NCBI GenBank assembly: GCA_963793305.1 | Contig: CAWBZV010000005.1 | Span: 1,556,964 to 1,620,963, forward strand | Length of the DNA stretch: 64,000 bases | Direction of reading: 5' to 3' | Source of the DNA: an uncultured Gemmatimonadales bacterium | GTDB lineage: Bacteria > Gemmatimonadota > Gemmatimonadetes > Gemmatimonadales > Gemmatimonadaceae | Shown here: positions 23,031-32,948 of the stretch, in pieces | Layout: the number at the start of each line of letters is the position of its first letter | Numbering within the stretch: position 1 is the first letter of the stretch | Translations under genes and position numbers: made by a program | Notes under the pieces: generated by a model | Seen by the model: the letters and a program-made list of their open reading frames with translations, nothing else | Told to the model about the DNA's origin: nothing | The model's database searches: none

Positions 23031-23930
23031 ATGCGCCGCCTCATCGCCGCGACCACGCTCTGGTTCCAGTTCCATAGCAGCTTCTGGCCCAATCTCCATC
23101 ATTTCCTGTATCAGCAGGCGCTTCTGCGCCATCGCTCGGCGACGCCGGCAACGTTGGCCGTGCTCGCTGACACGGCGCCTCTGACGCCGGCCGAGCGTGC
23201 GACCTGGACGAGGGTGCTGACCTACTACGACAGCGCCGTCGCAGTCCGCGCCATCGACCACGACTCGACCCTGGTCGACGTCAACTATGCATTGGCCGAC
23301 GCCGACTCGGCCGCACTCACCCCGCACGCTGGCCTCCCGGCGCCGCTCGTCGCCGCGCTGCAATCGGCGGCCCCTATCTACCGCACGCATTTCTGGCCAC
23401 GTCACGACAGCGCGAACCGCGCGTGGATCGCCGCGATGCAACAGGAGCTGTCCGCGCACGGCGCGGCGCTCACCGCCGCGCTCTCGCGGGTGTACCACGT
23501 CCCGCTGCCGAAGACACCGATCCGCGTCGAAGTCGTCGCCTACGCCAACTGGGCGGGCGCGTACACGACGGACGACCCGGTGCTGATCACGATGTCGAGC
23601 ACCTACGCGAACCATCGGGGCTCGCTCGGCCTCGAGCAGATCGTGCACGAAACGTCCCACGCCATGATGGACTCGGTGGACGCGGTCCTGCATTCGGTCG
23701 CCGACTCCCGCGATGTCGAGCACGTGATCATTTTCTTCACGGCTGGAGAGCTCGTCCGGCGCGAGATCCCGAGCCACTCGCCGTTCGCCGATGTCCGAGG
23801 CTTGTGGACGCCGGGCGGGAGTCCGTTGGCGCGCTACTACGCGACGGTCGTGCCCATCTGGCGTGAGTATCTCGATGGTCGCACGTCGTTCCGCGACGCC
23901 CTGACGCGTATCACTGGTCCTGGATCCTGA
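23031..23930 (+). CDS. Hypothetical protein with HExxH motif (putative zincin metallopeptidase)
   Basis: VHETSH followed by a downstream E/H-bearing helix (DVEHVIIF); 299-aa ORF. Confidence 0.6.
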   Translation: MRRLIAATTLWFQFHSSFWPNLHHFLYQQALLRHRSATPATLAVLADTAPLTPAERATWTRVLTYYDSAVAVRAIDHDSTLVDVNYALADADSAALTPHAGLPAPLVAALQSAAPIYRTHFWPRHDSANRAWIAAMQQELSAHGAALTAALSRVYHVPLPKTPIRVEVVAYANWAGAYTTDDPVLITMSSTYANHRGSLGLEQIVHETSHAMMDSVDAVLHSVADSRDVEHVIIFFTAGELVRREIPSHSPFADVRGLWTPGGSPLARYYATVVPIWREYLDGRTSFRDALTRITGPGS

Positions 23931-23950
23931 ACTGCGCCCGGAACGGCTGC
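23911..23950. repeat. 40-bp direct repeat, right copy (current 3' end of the minus-strand gene)
   Basis: 39/40 identical to 22545-22584. Confidence 0.95.
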
Positions 23951-25722
23951 TGCACCACCTGCTTGATCGGGCAGTTGCCGGAGACGGCCGGATCGAATCG
24001 CAGCTTATCCAGCCCTTTGCCGACCGCCTGCGCGAACGTTGGCGAGGATGTCTTGACCGTCACCATCGTGGACGGGATCGCCCGGCCCTTCTCGTCGACC
24101 ACGAACTGGAACGTGCCGTCGCCGCTCGGCAACATCGGTGGCGGCGCATCGAAATCGATGGCGGCCTTGCGCTTGAGCGGGAGTACGGCCACGGAGATGT
24201 GCGCGAGATCGATCGCCAGGACGTCGCCGTCCGGCTTGGCGGACGACAGCGACATGGTGTATGTGCCCGCCGGCACGCCGATGAACGCCTTGACCGAATC
24301 GGCGCGGCGCACCGCGGTGAGGAGCGCGCTGTCGATGGTCGAGACGAGCGATGTGGCGGTCAACGCGACCAACGAGACGCGGCCGCGTGACAGGGAGAAC
24401 GTCACTTGCCCCGTCACCGTCGGCGCGACCTTGGAGTTGAACTCGAACCCGTAGACGGGCAGGTCGATGTTGTCGGGCAGATGGAATTGGCGCCGAATGC
24501 CCAACGTCACGCGATCGTTGTTCGGATCGCCGGCTCGCACCACGGTCACCGTGCCGTAGACCGGGATATCGATCGTCTCGAACGACGGCGGCAAGGCGCA
24601 GCCGATCGTGATCGTGATGGGCTTGACGGGCTCGGAGGGCTCGAGCGCCACCCGGCCGCTCGCGGTGTCGTCGGCGATGAACGTGTGGTCGAGAACGACG
24701 TCGTTCTCGATCGCTTTGCGGCTCAAGAGTGGGTGGAGGTCGTAGAAGTCTGGGTCGCTACCCGACCGACGTGGATCAAGGCCGCGGCTCCGGATCGCCA
24801 TGAGCGGCTGCTCGCCGCTCAACGCGGTGACGATTGGCACCAGGGGCATGACTTCTTGGAACGTCGTCGTCACGGTGAGTCCGAAGATCGTCGAGCTGGC
24901 GAGCTTCGGTTTGGTCAGGTGGAACACGGCGCGGCGAACGAGATAGGTCGCCGCATCGAGATAGATCGACCCGTTGACATCGGACACCTTGATCCGATCG
25001 GCCGGGCGGAAGTCGATCCGGATCTCATTCTTCTCCTTGCCCATGTACGCGAAGCAGTGGGCCGCGTCGAACGCCGAGTCGCGCAGATCGGCGAAGTTCG
25101 GCAGGTACATCATGATGCGCTGGTGCCCGCTGATGGTCACGTCGTTGTACACGATCGAGCCGACGTGGTACGGGCGCCGCTCGCGGCTGTCGTACGTGGC
25201 CGTATCGACTGAGACGGTACTGTCGGGTAGGCCGTCCGTGAGAATGAGAGCGGTCTCCTGGCGGCGATAGTGGAAGGGGTACTTCTCGAGCAGGATATTG
25301 TAGCGCTCGATATTGGCATCGAGCTGCTCGAAGATCGCCGCAAGTTGCGGATTGACACCGCGTCCCGGGATGCCCGTCACGACACACGCGCCATGCCGGT
25401 TGTGTTGTGCGGTGACCGGAACCGTCGACAGCCGGATGGCCGCGGGCGCGAGCCGGAGGACGAGCAGGGAGCGGGTCGGCCCGAAGGTGATCGTCGTGTC
25501 AAGCGGCGAGTATCCGAGCATCCGTGCGCGGATGTGGTACGTGCCGTCTTTGACATCCCCCAGCGAAAACTGCCCACTGGCGTCGGCGAACCGCCCCGAG
25601 CTATCGGGGCCGATAATCGTGCCATAGGGGATGGGCTGGCTGTCAGCGGCGGAGCGGAGCACTCCCCTGACAATTTGCGCCCCGGCGGTGTGCGCGACGC
25701 ACGCCAGGGCGCCGAGCGCGAG
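23911..25722 (-). CDS. Exported protein with carboxypeptidase-regulatory-like N-terminal domain and TonB C-terminal-like domain (start uncertain)
   Basis: Signal-like AGAQ, then [28 protein letters not shown]-terminus [25 protein letters not shown]. Confidence 0.7.
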   Translation of the reverse strand, partial: LALGALACVAHTAGAQIVRGVLRSAADSQPIPYGTIIGPDSSGRFADASGQFSLGDVKDGTYHIRARMLGYSPLDTTITFGPTRSLLVLRLAPAAIRLSTVPVTAQHNRHGACVVTGIPGRGVNPQLAAIFEQLDANIERYNILLEKYPFHYRRQETALILTDGLPDSTVSVDTATYDSRERRPYHVGSIVYNDVTISGHQRIMMYLPNFADLRDSAFDAAHCFAYMGKEKNEIRIDFRPADRIKVSDVNGSIYLDAATYLVRRAVFHLTKPKLASSTIFGLTVTTTFQEVMPLVPIVTALSGEQPLMAIRSRGLDPRRSGSDPDFYDLHPLLSRKAIENDVVLDHTFIADDTASGRVALEPSEPVKPITITIGCALPPSFETIDIPVYGTVTVVRAGDPNNDRVTLGIRRQFHLPDNIDLPVYGFEFNSKVAPTVTGQVTFSLSRGRVSLVALTATSLVSTIDSALLTAVRRADSVKAFIGVPAGTYTMSLSSAKPDGDVLAIDLAHISVAVLPLKRKAAIDFDAPPPMLPSGDGTFQFVVDEKGRAIPSTMVTVKTSSPTFAQAVGKGLDKLRFDPAVSGNCPIKQVVQQPFRAQFRIQDQ

Positions 25723-25723
25723 T

Positions 25724-26279
25724 CTACAGCTTCGGGAGCGTAACTCCCTGTTGGCCCTGATACTTGCCCTTTTTGTCCTTGTAGGACACTTGAGGGGGTT
25801 CTGAGCCTTTGAAGAACAGAACCTGAGCGATCCCTTCGTTCGCATAGATCTTGGCCGGCAACGGCGTCGTGTTCGAGATCTCGAGCGTGACGAACCCTTC
25901 CCATTCCGGCTCGAACGGCGTCACGTTTGTGATGATGCCGCATCGGGCGTACGTGGACTTTCCCACGCAGATCGTAACTACATCGCGCGGGATGCGAAAG
26001 TACTCGACGGATCTGGCCAGCGCGAACGAGTTCGGCGGCACGATGCAGAACGTCGCCGTTGAATTCCACGAACGACTTCGGGTCGAAATTCTTGGGGTCG
26101 ACGATCGAGCTATTGACGTTGGTGAAGATCCGGAACTCGCCCGCTACGCGCATATCATAGCCATAGCTCGACACGCCGTACGAGATGACGCCGGTGCGTA
26201 CCTGGCGGTCCTCGAAGGGCTCGATCATGCAATGTTCGCGGGCCATCTGGGTGATCCACCGGTCGGACTGAATGGTCAT
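25724..26279 (-). CDS. dcd: dCTP deaminase, with one apparent frameshift near 26049
   Basis: [11 protein letters not shown] in the first frame; [25 protein letters not shown] and KYQGQ in the second. Confidence 0.93.
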
Positions 26280-26335
26280 GGGCGCGAATAGTAGACGCGA
26301 CCTCAACCATGCGCCACGGCCTCCGCGTGGCCGAT

Positions 26336-27145
26336 CTAGAGCCGCTGGATCGCCGCCCGGGCGAGCCTCGCCGCACCTGCGGCGTCCGCCGCCGACGTGC
26401 GGTACTCCATCTCGATCATGCGGTCCCCCTTCAAGAAATAGAGGCGGCCGTCCACGTCCGTCCCCTGAAAGAGCTTCCGCCCGTTCCACCAACTCGGCGT
26501 GACGATCAACACGCAATGGTGGCCGCTGTAATACGAGCAACTCGGTCCCGGTCCGTAAGCGAGGGGTGTCGTGGCCCGCGATCGGTACGGCGCGACCGCG
26601 AGCCGTCCGAGCACCGCCTCCGCCTCGCTTCGGGTGATCAGCGTGCACGGGTCCGGCCCCCAGCTCGGCGCCGACGCGTCGGTCTCCGTCAGGGCGAACG
26701 GCAGGTCAGGCACGCGCTCGATCGCGCGGGCGGCGACCGCGAGGGCCTGCGCTGGACTGACACCATAGCGGAATATTCTGAGACCCAGATGGCCCTGGCG
26801 CGCGATCGTGAGGCCGCCGGGGACCGATGACTCGAAATCCCATGTGCTGTCCCGGCGACCTTCGATGGCCGACATGGTTTCCAGAGCGGTCAGCCCGTCG
26901 ACGAGGATCTGAATGGTGAGTTGATGCGTCGTGTCTCGGAGACGGTAGAGACATGCCTCGCCATCAAGTTGGGGCTGCGGGGTTTCCGCGCTGGCCACGC
27001 GCTGTGGGGTAGCCCCAAGCGGCCCCACGATATGCTCGACATCGCGGCGCGAGACCCAGGCGCAGGGGTCCGCGCCCGTGAGCTGCGTCCTCATTCTCCC
27101 GCAGCTGGCCAGCAACGTGAGGAGCGCGATGCCGCGAAGGAGCAC
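26336..27145 (-). CDS. Hypothetical lipoprotein with an internal two-domain repeat
   Basis: Lipobox LLASC. Repeats [21 protein letters not shown] and [21 protein letters not shown]. Confidence 0.7.
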   Translation of the reverse strand: MLLRGIALLTLLASCGRMRTQLTGADPCAWVSRRDVEHIVGPLGATPQRVASAETPQPQLDGEACLYRLRDTTHQLTIQILVDGLTALETMSAIEGRRDSTWDFESSVPGGLTIARQGHLGLRIFRYGVSPAQALAVAARAIERVPDLPFALTETDASAPSWGPDPCTLITRSEAEAVLGRLAVAPYRSRATTPLAYGPGPSCSYYSGHHCVLIVTPSWWNGRKLFQGTDVDGRLYFLKGDRMIEMEYRTSAADAAGAARLARAAIQRL

Positions 27146-27167
27146 GCGGCCGATGATGGGATGCGAG

Positions 27168-27210
27168 CGTTACCGGCCCGTCCGTGCAGACGTTACCGGG
27201 GACCGGTAAC
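27168..27210. promoter_or_regulatory. Putative regulator binding array (GTTACCGG x3)
   Basis: GTTACCGG at 27169 and 27192 and inverted at 27203-27210, in the divergent intergenic region. Confidence 0.5.
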
Positions 27211-27252
27211 AGCTCCGTTGCGTGGTCGGACGGGAAGCCCTACCGTCCCTGG

Positions 27253-30021
27253 GTGAGCGAGCTCCAGACCCTCGGCCGCGTCCGCTTGACGAGCGTGACC
27301 GAGTCGGGCCCACAGGACGTGGCAGTCCAACCGAAGCGACTGGCGCTCTTGGCCTATCTTGCCGTGGCCCAGCCGCGCGGTGTGCATCGCCGCGACACTG
27401 TGATCGCCCTCTTCTGGCCGGAGCTCGGCCAGGATGAAGCGCGCCGCGCCCTGCGGCAGGCGCTGCACTACCTGCGCGGCGTGGCCGGTGACGACGCATT
27501 CGAAGGGCGGAGCGACGAGGTTGGGCTCCGTGACGGATCGCTCGCCTGCGATGCCGTGGAGTTCGAGCGCCTGATGGCGACGGACCGGGCCGAGGACGCA
27601 ACGTCGGCATACCGGGGCGACTTCCTCGCCGGATTCCATGTGCCCAATGTGGCGCCGGAATATGAGGAGTGGGTCGACCGCACGCGTTCACGCTTGCGCG
27701 ATCTCGCGACGCGCGCCGCATGGCGGACGGCCAATGTGGCCGAGCGCGACGGGCGGCCGGGCGCCGCGGTAGGCGCGGCGCTGCGCGCGCTGGAGCTCGC
27801 GCCGGAGGATGAGCGCGGCCTCAAGCGGACGCTCGAGATGCTCGAGCGGCACGGCGACCGCGCGCGGGCGTTGCAGGTGTATGGCGCATTCGCGAAGCGG
27901 CTCCGCACCGAGTACGATGTGGAGCCTGCGCCCGACACGATAGCGCTTGCGGAGCGGATTCGGACCGCGCCTCCGCGGGTCATCGCTCCGGCGCCGGCGC
28001 CAACCGCGCCCGCGACGACCGCACCTGTGGTGGCTCCTGCCGTCATGTCCAGTCGTCGGCGCTGGCCCATTCCGCTGCTCACGCTCTTCGTGGGGCTGGC
28101 GGCCATCGGAGCGGTGTACGTGGCGCAACGGGCCCGGTCGAACGGCAACGGTGCCCGCCCGTCGCGAGACCGAATCCTCGTGGCCGGCGTCGCGAATCAC
28201 ACCGCGGACTCGACGCTCGGCCTCGTGCTCGGCGAAGCCCTCGAAGTCGACCTCCAGCAATCACCGCTCGTGCAGGTCTTGAGTCCGGCGCAGGTGCGGC
28301 GCGTGCTCGCGCTGATGCAGCGTCCCCAAGACGTGCTGGTCGATGATGCCTTGGCGCGCGAGATCGCGCAGCGCGAGGGGCTCAAGTTGTTCGTGACGGG
28401 GGATGTGAGCACGATCGGCCGTACCTACGTGCTCTCGGCTCGGATCGTGGCGGCGCCCAGTGGCGACGTGGTGGGGGCCGCGCGCGCGAGCGCGGCGGAT
28501 TCGACCGAGATCATCCCGGCCATCGGTCGACTGTCGCGCGAGCTGCGCGGCCAGCTCGGCGAGTCGCTGCGCTCGGTCAACTCGAGCCCGGCGCTCAGTC
28601 GCGTGACCACGACATCATTGGGCGCCCTCCGACTCTACGCCCGCGCGATCGATGCGTCGGCCCGGCATGGGGATGTGACGACCGGTATCCGCTTGTCGAG
28701 CGATGCGGTGGTGCTCGATACGGGGTTCGCGATGGCGTTCGCGATGTTGGGCTCGTTGTACTACGATGAGCTGGATTGGGGTCGGTCGGTCAGCGCGCTG
28801 CGTCATGCGTACGAGCACCGTGACCGACTGACGTTCCACGAACGCCAGCTCGTGCTCGGCGCCTACTACTTGTATGCCACGAACGAGTACGACAAGGCCA
28901 TCAGCGCGTACCGCGAGCTGCTCGACCTCTATCCCGAGGACTATCGGGCGCTCAATAGCGTGGCGAACGCCTATTACGATCAGCGGCAATTCGAGCAGGC
29001 GGACACGTTCTACCTGAGGGCGATCCGCGCCGATCCGCTCGGCGCCGGCGCGCAGCTCAACCACGTGAACACGCTGATCGATCTCGGCCGGTTCGACGCG
29101 GCACGAGTCGTCTTCGACTCGGTCACGCAGCGATTTCCGGGTGATCATCAAAACGAACAGACCGAGGTGTTCTTCGCGATGGCGCGCCAGGACTGGGACG
29201 CCGCGGGGCGGCATGCGCAGACGTACCTGGCGGTCGCGCGGGGCGACCCGTTCGATGAGATGGACGCCTATGAGACCAGCGCAACCGTGGCCCTCGCGGT
29301 CGGCCGGCTGGCGCAGGCCGAGCGCGACTCCCGGAGCGCGATGCAGCTCGCCGAGCAGAACACGTCGCCGTTCCGGTATCTCTCGAGCGCGATTCGACTG
29401 GGGTGGCTGGAGCTGCGGTACCGGCACCGTCCCGACCGCGCGCGTGCCGAGGTCGATGCCGCGCTGTCTCTCCATCCGCTCGCGGCGCTCGCGCCCAGTG
29501 ACCGTCCGTACCTGGAGCTAGTGCACTTCTTCGCGGCTGCCGGCGACGTGCCGCGCGCGCGGGCGATGCTCGCGCGGTTCGAGAGCGACAGCGCCATGCG
29601 CATCCGCCTCGGAGGCGCGGCATGGCAAGATGCCCAAGGGGCCCTGGCGCTGGCGCAGCATCGCACGCGCGATGCGATCGACCAGTTGCGCCTGGCCAAT
29701 GTGGGCAATCGCTGCCCGATCTGCGTTTTGCCGGATCTCGCACGCGCGTACGACGACGCGGGAGACGCCGAAAGCGCGATCGCGGCCTACGAGCGCTACC
29801 TGCGCACGCCGTGGATCTGGCGCTTGGACACGGACCAGTTCAGCCTCGGCTGGAGCATGCAGCGCGCCGCGCAGCTGTACGAGCTCCGCGGCGCGCCAGC
29901 CCGAGCCGCGCAGCAGTACAATCAACTGCTTCGCCTCTGGAGCGGCGCCGATCCGGAGCTTGCTCCCGTGATAGCCGAAGCGCGCGCTCGTCTGGTCGCA
30001 CTCGGAACTGCCGCGCGCTAG
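27253..30021 (+). CDS. Membrane-anchored SARP/BTAD transcriptional regulator with TolB-like and TPR C-terminal region
   Basis: LQTLG..PKRLALLAYLA..RRD..LFWPE..ALRQALHYLR and YRGDFLAGF..EEWVD (wHTH-BTAD). One TM helix after RRRW, then multiple TPRs. Confidence 0.85.
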   Translation: MSELQTLGRVRLTSVTESGPQDVAVQPKRLALLAYLAVAQPRGVHRRDTVIALFWPELGQDEARRALRQALHYLRGVAGDDAFEGRSDEVGLRDGSLACDAVEFERLMATDRAEDATSAYRGDFLAGFHVPNVAPEYEEWVDRTRSRLRDLATRAAWRTANVAERDGRPGAAVGAALRALELAPEDERGLKRTLEMLERHGDRARALQVYGAFAKRLRTEYDVEPAPDTIALAERIRTAPPRVIAPAPAPTAPATTAPVVAPAVMSSRRRWPIPLLTLFVGLAAIGAVYVAQRARSNGNGARPSRDRILVAGVANHTADSTLGLVLGEALEVDLQQSPLVQVLSPAQVRRVLALMQRPQDVLVDDALAREIAQREGLKLFVTGDVSTIGRTYVLSARIVAAPSGDVVGAARASAADSTEIIPAIGRLSRELRGQLGESLRSVNSSPALSRVTTTSLGALRLYARAIDASARHGDVTTGIRLSSDAVVLDTGFAMAFAMLGSLYYDELDWGRSVSALRHAYEHRDRLTFHERQLVLGAYYLYATNEYDKAISAYRELLDLYPEDYRALNSVANAYYDQRQFEQADTFYLRAIRADPLGAGAQLNHVNTLIDLGRFDAARVVFDSVTQRFPGDHQNEQTEVFFAMARQDWDAAGRHAQTYLAVARGDPFDEMDAYETSATVALAVGRLAQAERDSRSAMQLAEQNTSPFRYLSSAIRLGWLELRYRHRPDRARAEVDAALSLHPLAALAPSDRPYLELVHFFAAAGDVPRARAMLARFESDSAMRIRLGGAAWQDAQGALALAQHRTRDAIDQLRLANVGNRCPICVLPDLARAYDDAGDAESAIAAYERYLRTPWIWRLDTDQFSLGWSMQRAAQLYELRGAPARAAQQYNQLLRLWSGADPELAPVIAEARARLVALGTAAR

Positions 30022-30026
30022 CTGGC

Positions 30027-30800
30027 TCACCCGTGTGTCGCGAAGTAGCCGCAGGCCGCGGCGCATCCGACCATCGCGGCCGACAGGAAGGCATACCACC
30101 ACACGATGAGCCAAAATGCCTGCGGCTGTTCCGCGCGCGACATCGGAGGACCGGCGCTCCTGCTCCTATAACGGCCCACGTACAATTGGATCTTCCCCGT
30201 ACGTATCCCCGCCACGCTCATCCGAGCGAACCCAAACGCGAAGTACAAGAAGAACAGCGCGCAGACCCAGCCCCCTATTTTGTTGCTCATGGGATCACCG
30301 TAGATAGAGATGGCGCGCAGGCGAGTACGCGTGTCGGCGTCCGGTATCCGGAGCGCCCGCGGGAAGTACAGGATCGGCCACCGACCAGGCTCGTCACCGT
30401 TGCGGAGCACCACCACGCCGTTCGGACGCCACGTGTAGCGGAGGACGTGCTCGTCCAGCTCGTAGTGCCGGATCTGCTCCCAAGCCAAGTACGCGCTCTT
30501 GTTCCCACTCCGTGGAATGGTGAATTCGATCCCGTGTTCGTACACGCGCACGGGACAGAGCAGGAACGCGACGCGATTGGCGAGGACGAACAGCGCGACG
30601 ATCAGGAGATTCGCCAACGGCAGTAGGGACGCGATCGCGCCGCGAGCGATCTGCACCGCCGCGACGCAGACGACGACGCCGAGCGTGACGAGGATCGCGA
30701 CACGGTAGCGTCCCAACAGATCAAACGGCGCGCGCACTTCCGCCACGAGTGCGCCCTTGTCCACGGCGCCGCTGGTGTACTCTCTACTTGAGGGGGACAT
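30027..30800 (-). CDS. Hypothetical membrane protein, possibly two in-frame fused genes (second ATG at 30290)
   Basis: Two TM helices and a PH-like beta segment, then MSNKIGG with two more TM helices. Confidence 0.5.
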   Translation of the reverse strand: MSPSSREYTSGAVDKGALVAEVRAPFDLLGRYRVAILVTLGVVVCVAAVQIARGAIASLLPLANLLIVALFVLANRVAFLLCPVRVYEHGIEFTIPRSGNKSAYLAWEQIRHYELDEHVLRYTWRPNGVVVLRNGDEPGRWPILYFPRALRIPDADTRTRLRAISIYGDPMSNKIGGWVCALFFLYFAFGFARMSVAGIRTGKIQLYVGRYRSRSAGPPMSRAEQPQAFWLIVWWYAFLSAAMVGCAAACGYFATHG

Positions 30801-31758
30801 TGAGATCGCCGGATTTGTCGAACGCGAGTTCCGTTGGGACGTCGAACGAAGCGGACTCCACGATCACGGCGGGCGACTGGATGCCGCCGGCCGCCAGTTG
30901 GTTGGGCGTGAACTCCAGCAAGGCATATGCGTCGTGCACCGTACCGATGATCCACATGTCCCCCAATGCATCGAAGGCGATGGACGTGAGGTACCCTAAT
31001 CCCACATTGCTGAGGGTCACCATCGGTTGCGGGCTTCCCGACACGGAGAGCTGGCTGGGCGCATACGCCACGACGGCGCTCACGCCTGTGCGCGCCACCC
31101 ACAGGTTGCCGTGCGCATCGAAGGTCAGGCCCAACGTGATGTTGCTCGAGGCGCCACCCACCGCTTGCAGTGTGACAGCGGGCGCGGGGGTGCCACTCGA
31201 GGCGAGCTGCGCGGCCGTGAATTCTGTGATCGTGCTGTAGTACGCCATCCACAGGTTACCAGCCGTATCGAATGCACAAGCGCTCAGGCTCCCCTCCGGG
31301 GCTGCGAGTACGACAGCGGGCGGGGATGAGGTCGTGCTGATGAGCTGCTGGGCGGCGTACTGCGCCACGATACCATTGAGGATATCTGCAACCCAGAGGC
31401 CGCCACTGCCCGGACGCTGCAGATACGCGACTGATGCCACCGCCGTGTCGCCCGCCGCCACCGTCGCCGGACTACCGGTCACGCTAGGCGTGAACACGCT
31501 GCTGACGATCGAGTTGACTGTGACCACCGACCCGCCGGAGACCGTGTAGCTGCCCAGCGCGAGCCCGGTCAGTGTCTGTGTCGCATGGATCGTTGTTTGA
31601 AACCCCGACGGTCCCATGACAGTGACGCCGGGCGTTCCGCCCCCGGCCGTGACCGTCACGGTCAAACTGCCGGTTTGTGGCGGCGGCGCCGTCGTTGGGC
31701 TGGAGCCGCTACATGCGGCGAGAGCCGCGGCGCCGACCGTGAACACGCTGACCCGCAT
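30784..31758 (-). CDS. Lipoprotein with NHL-like beta-propeller repeats
   Basis: Lipobox ALAAC. Repeats AFDTAGNLWMA, LTFDAHGNLWVA, IAFDALGDMWII and LAFDKSGDL. RBS GGAGAAGG. Confidence 0.8.
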   Translation of the reverse strand: MRVSVFTVGAAALAACSGSSPTTAPPPQTGSLTVTVTAGGGTPGVTVMGPSGFQTTIHATQTLTGLALGSYTVSGGSVVTVNSIVSSVFTPSVTGSPATVAAGDTAVASVAYLQRPGSGGLWVADILNGIVAQYAAQQLISTTSSPPAVVLAAPEGSLSACAFDTAGNLWMAYYSTITEFTAAQLASSGTPAPAVTLQAVGGASSNITLGLTFDAHGNLWVARTGVSAVVAYAPSQLSVSGSPQPMVTLSNVGLGYLTSIAFDALGDMWIIGTVHDAYALLEFTPNQLAAGGIQSPAVIVESASFDVPTELAFDKSGDLNVPLK

Positions 31759-31803
31759 ACCAGGCCTTCTCCGTGAGAGTCGGCGCAGAAGTGCCTGGGC
31801 GCT

Positions 31804-31844
31804 GTTACTGGACGCGTTCGATCGGCCGTTACCGGCGCCGTAAG
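31804..31844. promoter_or_regulatory. Second GTTAC(C/T)GG array upstream of the NHL lipoprotein gene
   Basis: GTTACTGG at 31804, GTTACCGG at 31828 and degenerate inverted CCGTAAG at 31838. Confidence 0.4.
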
Positions 31845-31866
31845 CCGCGCGGGCGGATAGACCCCG

Positions 31867-31895
31867 TTGATTGCGGGTCACCCCTCCGGTAATTT
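31867..31895 (+). promoter_or_regulatory. Sigma70-type promoter of the nuo operon
   Basis: TTGATT, 17-nt spacer, TAATTT. Confidence 0.6.
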
Positions 31896-31907
31896 GCCTT
31901 GGCTGTC

Positions 31908-31925
31908 TCGTGAAACTTTTCACAA
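31908..31925. promoter_or_regulatory. Rex-like operator
   Basis: TCGTGAA-ACTT-TTCACAA, one mismatch to the Rex consensus TTGTGAA-N4-TTCACAA, between the promoter and the nuoA RBS. Confidence 0.7.
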
Positions 31926-31944
31926 GATCGAAACACCGGAGTTT

Positions 31945-32349
31945 ATGGCGAGCTCTTTCTTTCCGGTGCTCCTGCTGATCGGGTTCGTCGCCGTCAACGC
32001 CGTGGCGATCATCGGGTTGTCGCACCTGACGTTACGCCTGCGTCCGACGCCCGAGAAGGACACCGCCTACGAATCCGGAATCCCGCCCCTTGGCGACGCC
32101 CGAGAACGCTTCTCGGTCAAGTTCTATATGGTTGCCATGCTCTTCATCGTCTTCGACATCGAGACGGTGTTCATGATCCCCTGGGGCGTGTCCTTCCGTC
32201 AGCTCTCCTGCACGGTGCCACTCGTCAATGGCCTCTGCCCCAGCGGGCACGCCACGCTGTTCGGGCTCGGCGAGATGCTGGTCTTCATCGCCATTCTCCT
32301 CGCTGGCCTCGTCTACGTCTGGAAGAAGGGCGCGCTGCAATGGGATTAA
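31945..32349 (+). CDS. nuoA: NADH-quinone oxidoreductase subunit A
   Basis: [18 protein letters not shown] and WKKGALQW motifs; RBS GGAG. Confidence 0.95.
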   Translation: MASSFFPVLLLIGFVAVNAVAIIGLSHLTLRLRPTPEKDTAYESGIPPLGDARERFSVKFYMVAMLFIVFDIETVFMIPWGVSFRQLSCTVPLVNGLCPSGHATLFGLGEMLVFIAILLAGLVYVWKKGALQWD

Positions 32350-32948
32350 CCCAAGTATCCTACGTTCCCGAGTCTCAAGAGAGTTGGGTCGCCACAAAAC
32401 TCGACTTTCTCGTGAACTGGGGACGCGCGAACTCGCTGTGGCCGATGCCGTTCGGCACCGCGTGTTGCGCGATCGAGTTCATGGCGACGGCCGCCAGCCG
32501 GTTCGACCTCGCCCGCTTCGGGATGGAGCGCATGAGCTTCTCGCCGCGGCAGGCCGATGTGTTGATCTGCGCGGGCCGCGTGCCGTTCAAGCTCGCCCCG
32601 GTCATTCGGCGGATCTGGCAGCAGATGCCCCAGCCAAAGTGGTGCATCTCGATGGGCGCCTGCGCGTCGTCCGGTGGCATGTTCGACAACTACGCCGTGG
32701 TGCAGGGCATCGACACGATCATTCCGGTCGATGTCTACGTCCCGGGCTGCCCGCCGCGCCCCGAGGGGTTGCTCTACGGAATCCGCATGCTCCAGCAGAA
32801 AGTGATGCGCGAGCGGATGTCGGATACGTCGATCCGCACGGAGATGGAGCCGGATCCGTCGAGCCGCCTGTACATACCGGCGCCCACGATCGACGAGTTG
32901 TCGGAGCCGTTCGGCAACTCCGTGCAACAGACACGGTCTACGGTATGA
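32340..32948 (+). CDS. nuoB: NADH-quinone oxidoreductase subunit B
   Basis: [20 protein letters not shown] and PGCPPRPE motifs. Confidence 0.97.
   Translation: MGLTQVSYVPESQESWVATKLDFLVNWGRANSLWPMPFGTACCAIEFMATAASRFDLARFGMERMSFSPRQADVLICAGRVPFKLAPVIRRIWQQMPQPKWCISMGACASSGGMFDNYAVVQGIDTIIPVDVYVPGCPPRPEGLLYGIRMLQQKVMRERMSDTSIRTEMEPDPSSRLYIPAPTIDELSEPFGNSVQQTRSTV

Noticed and set aside
22545..23950. 40-bp repeat pair as a DGR template/variable repeat
   Set aside because: Too short, only one synonymous difference, and no reverse transcriptase in the window.
25724..26279. dcd as a pseudogene
   Set aside because: One extra base, with no other decay; matches the indel noise seen in other core genes.
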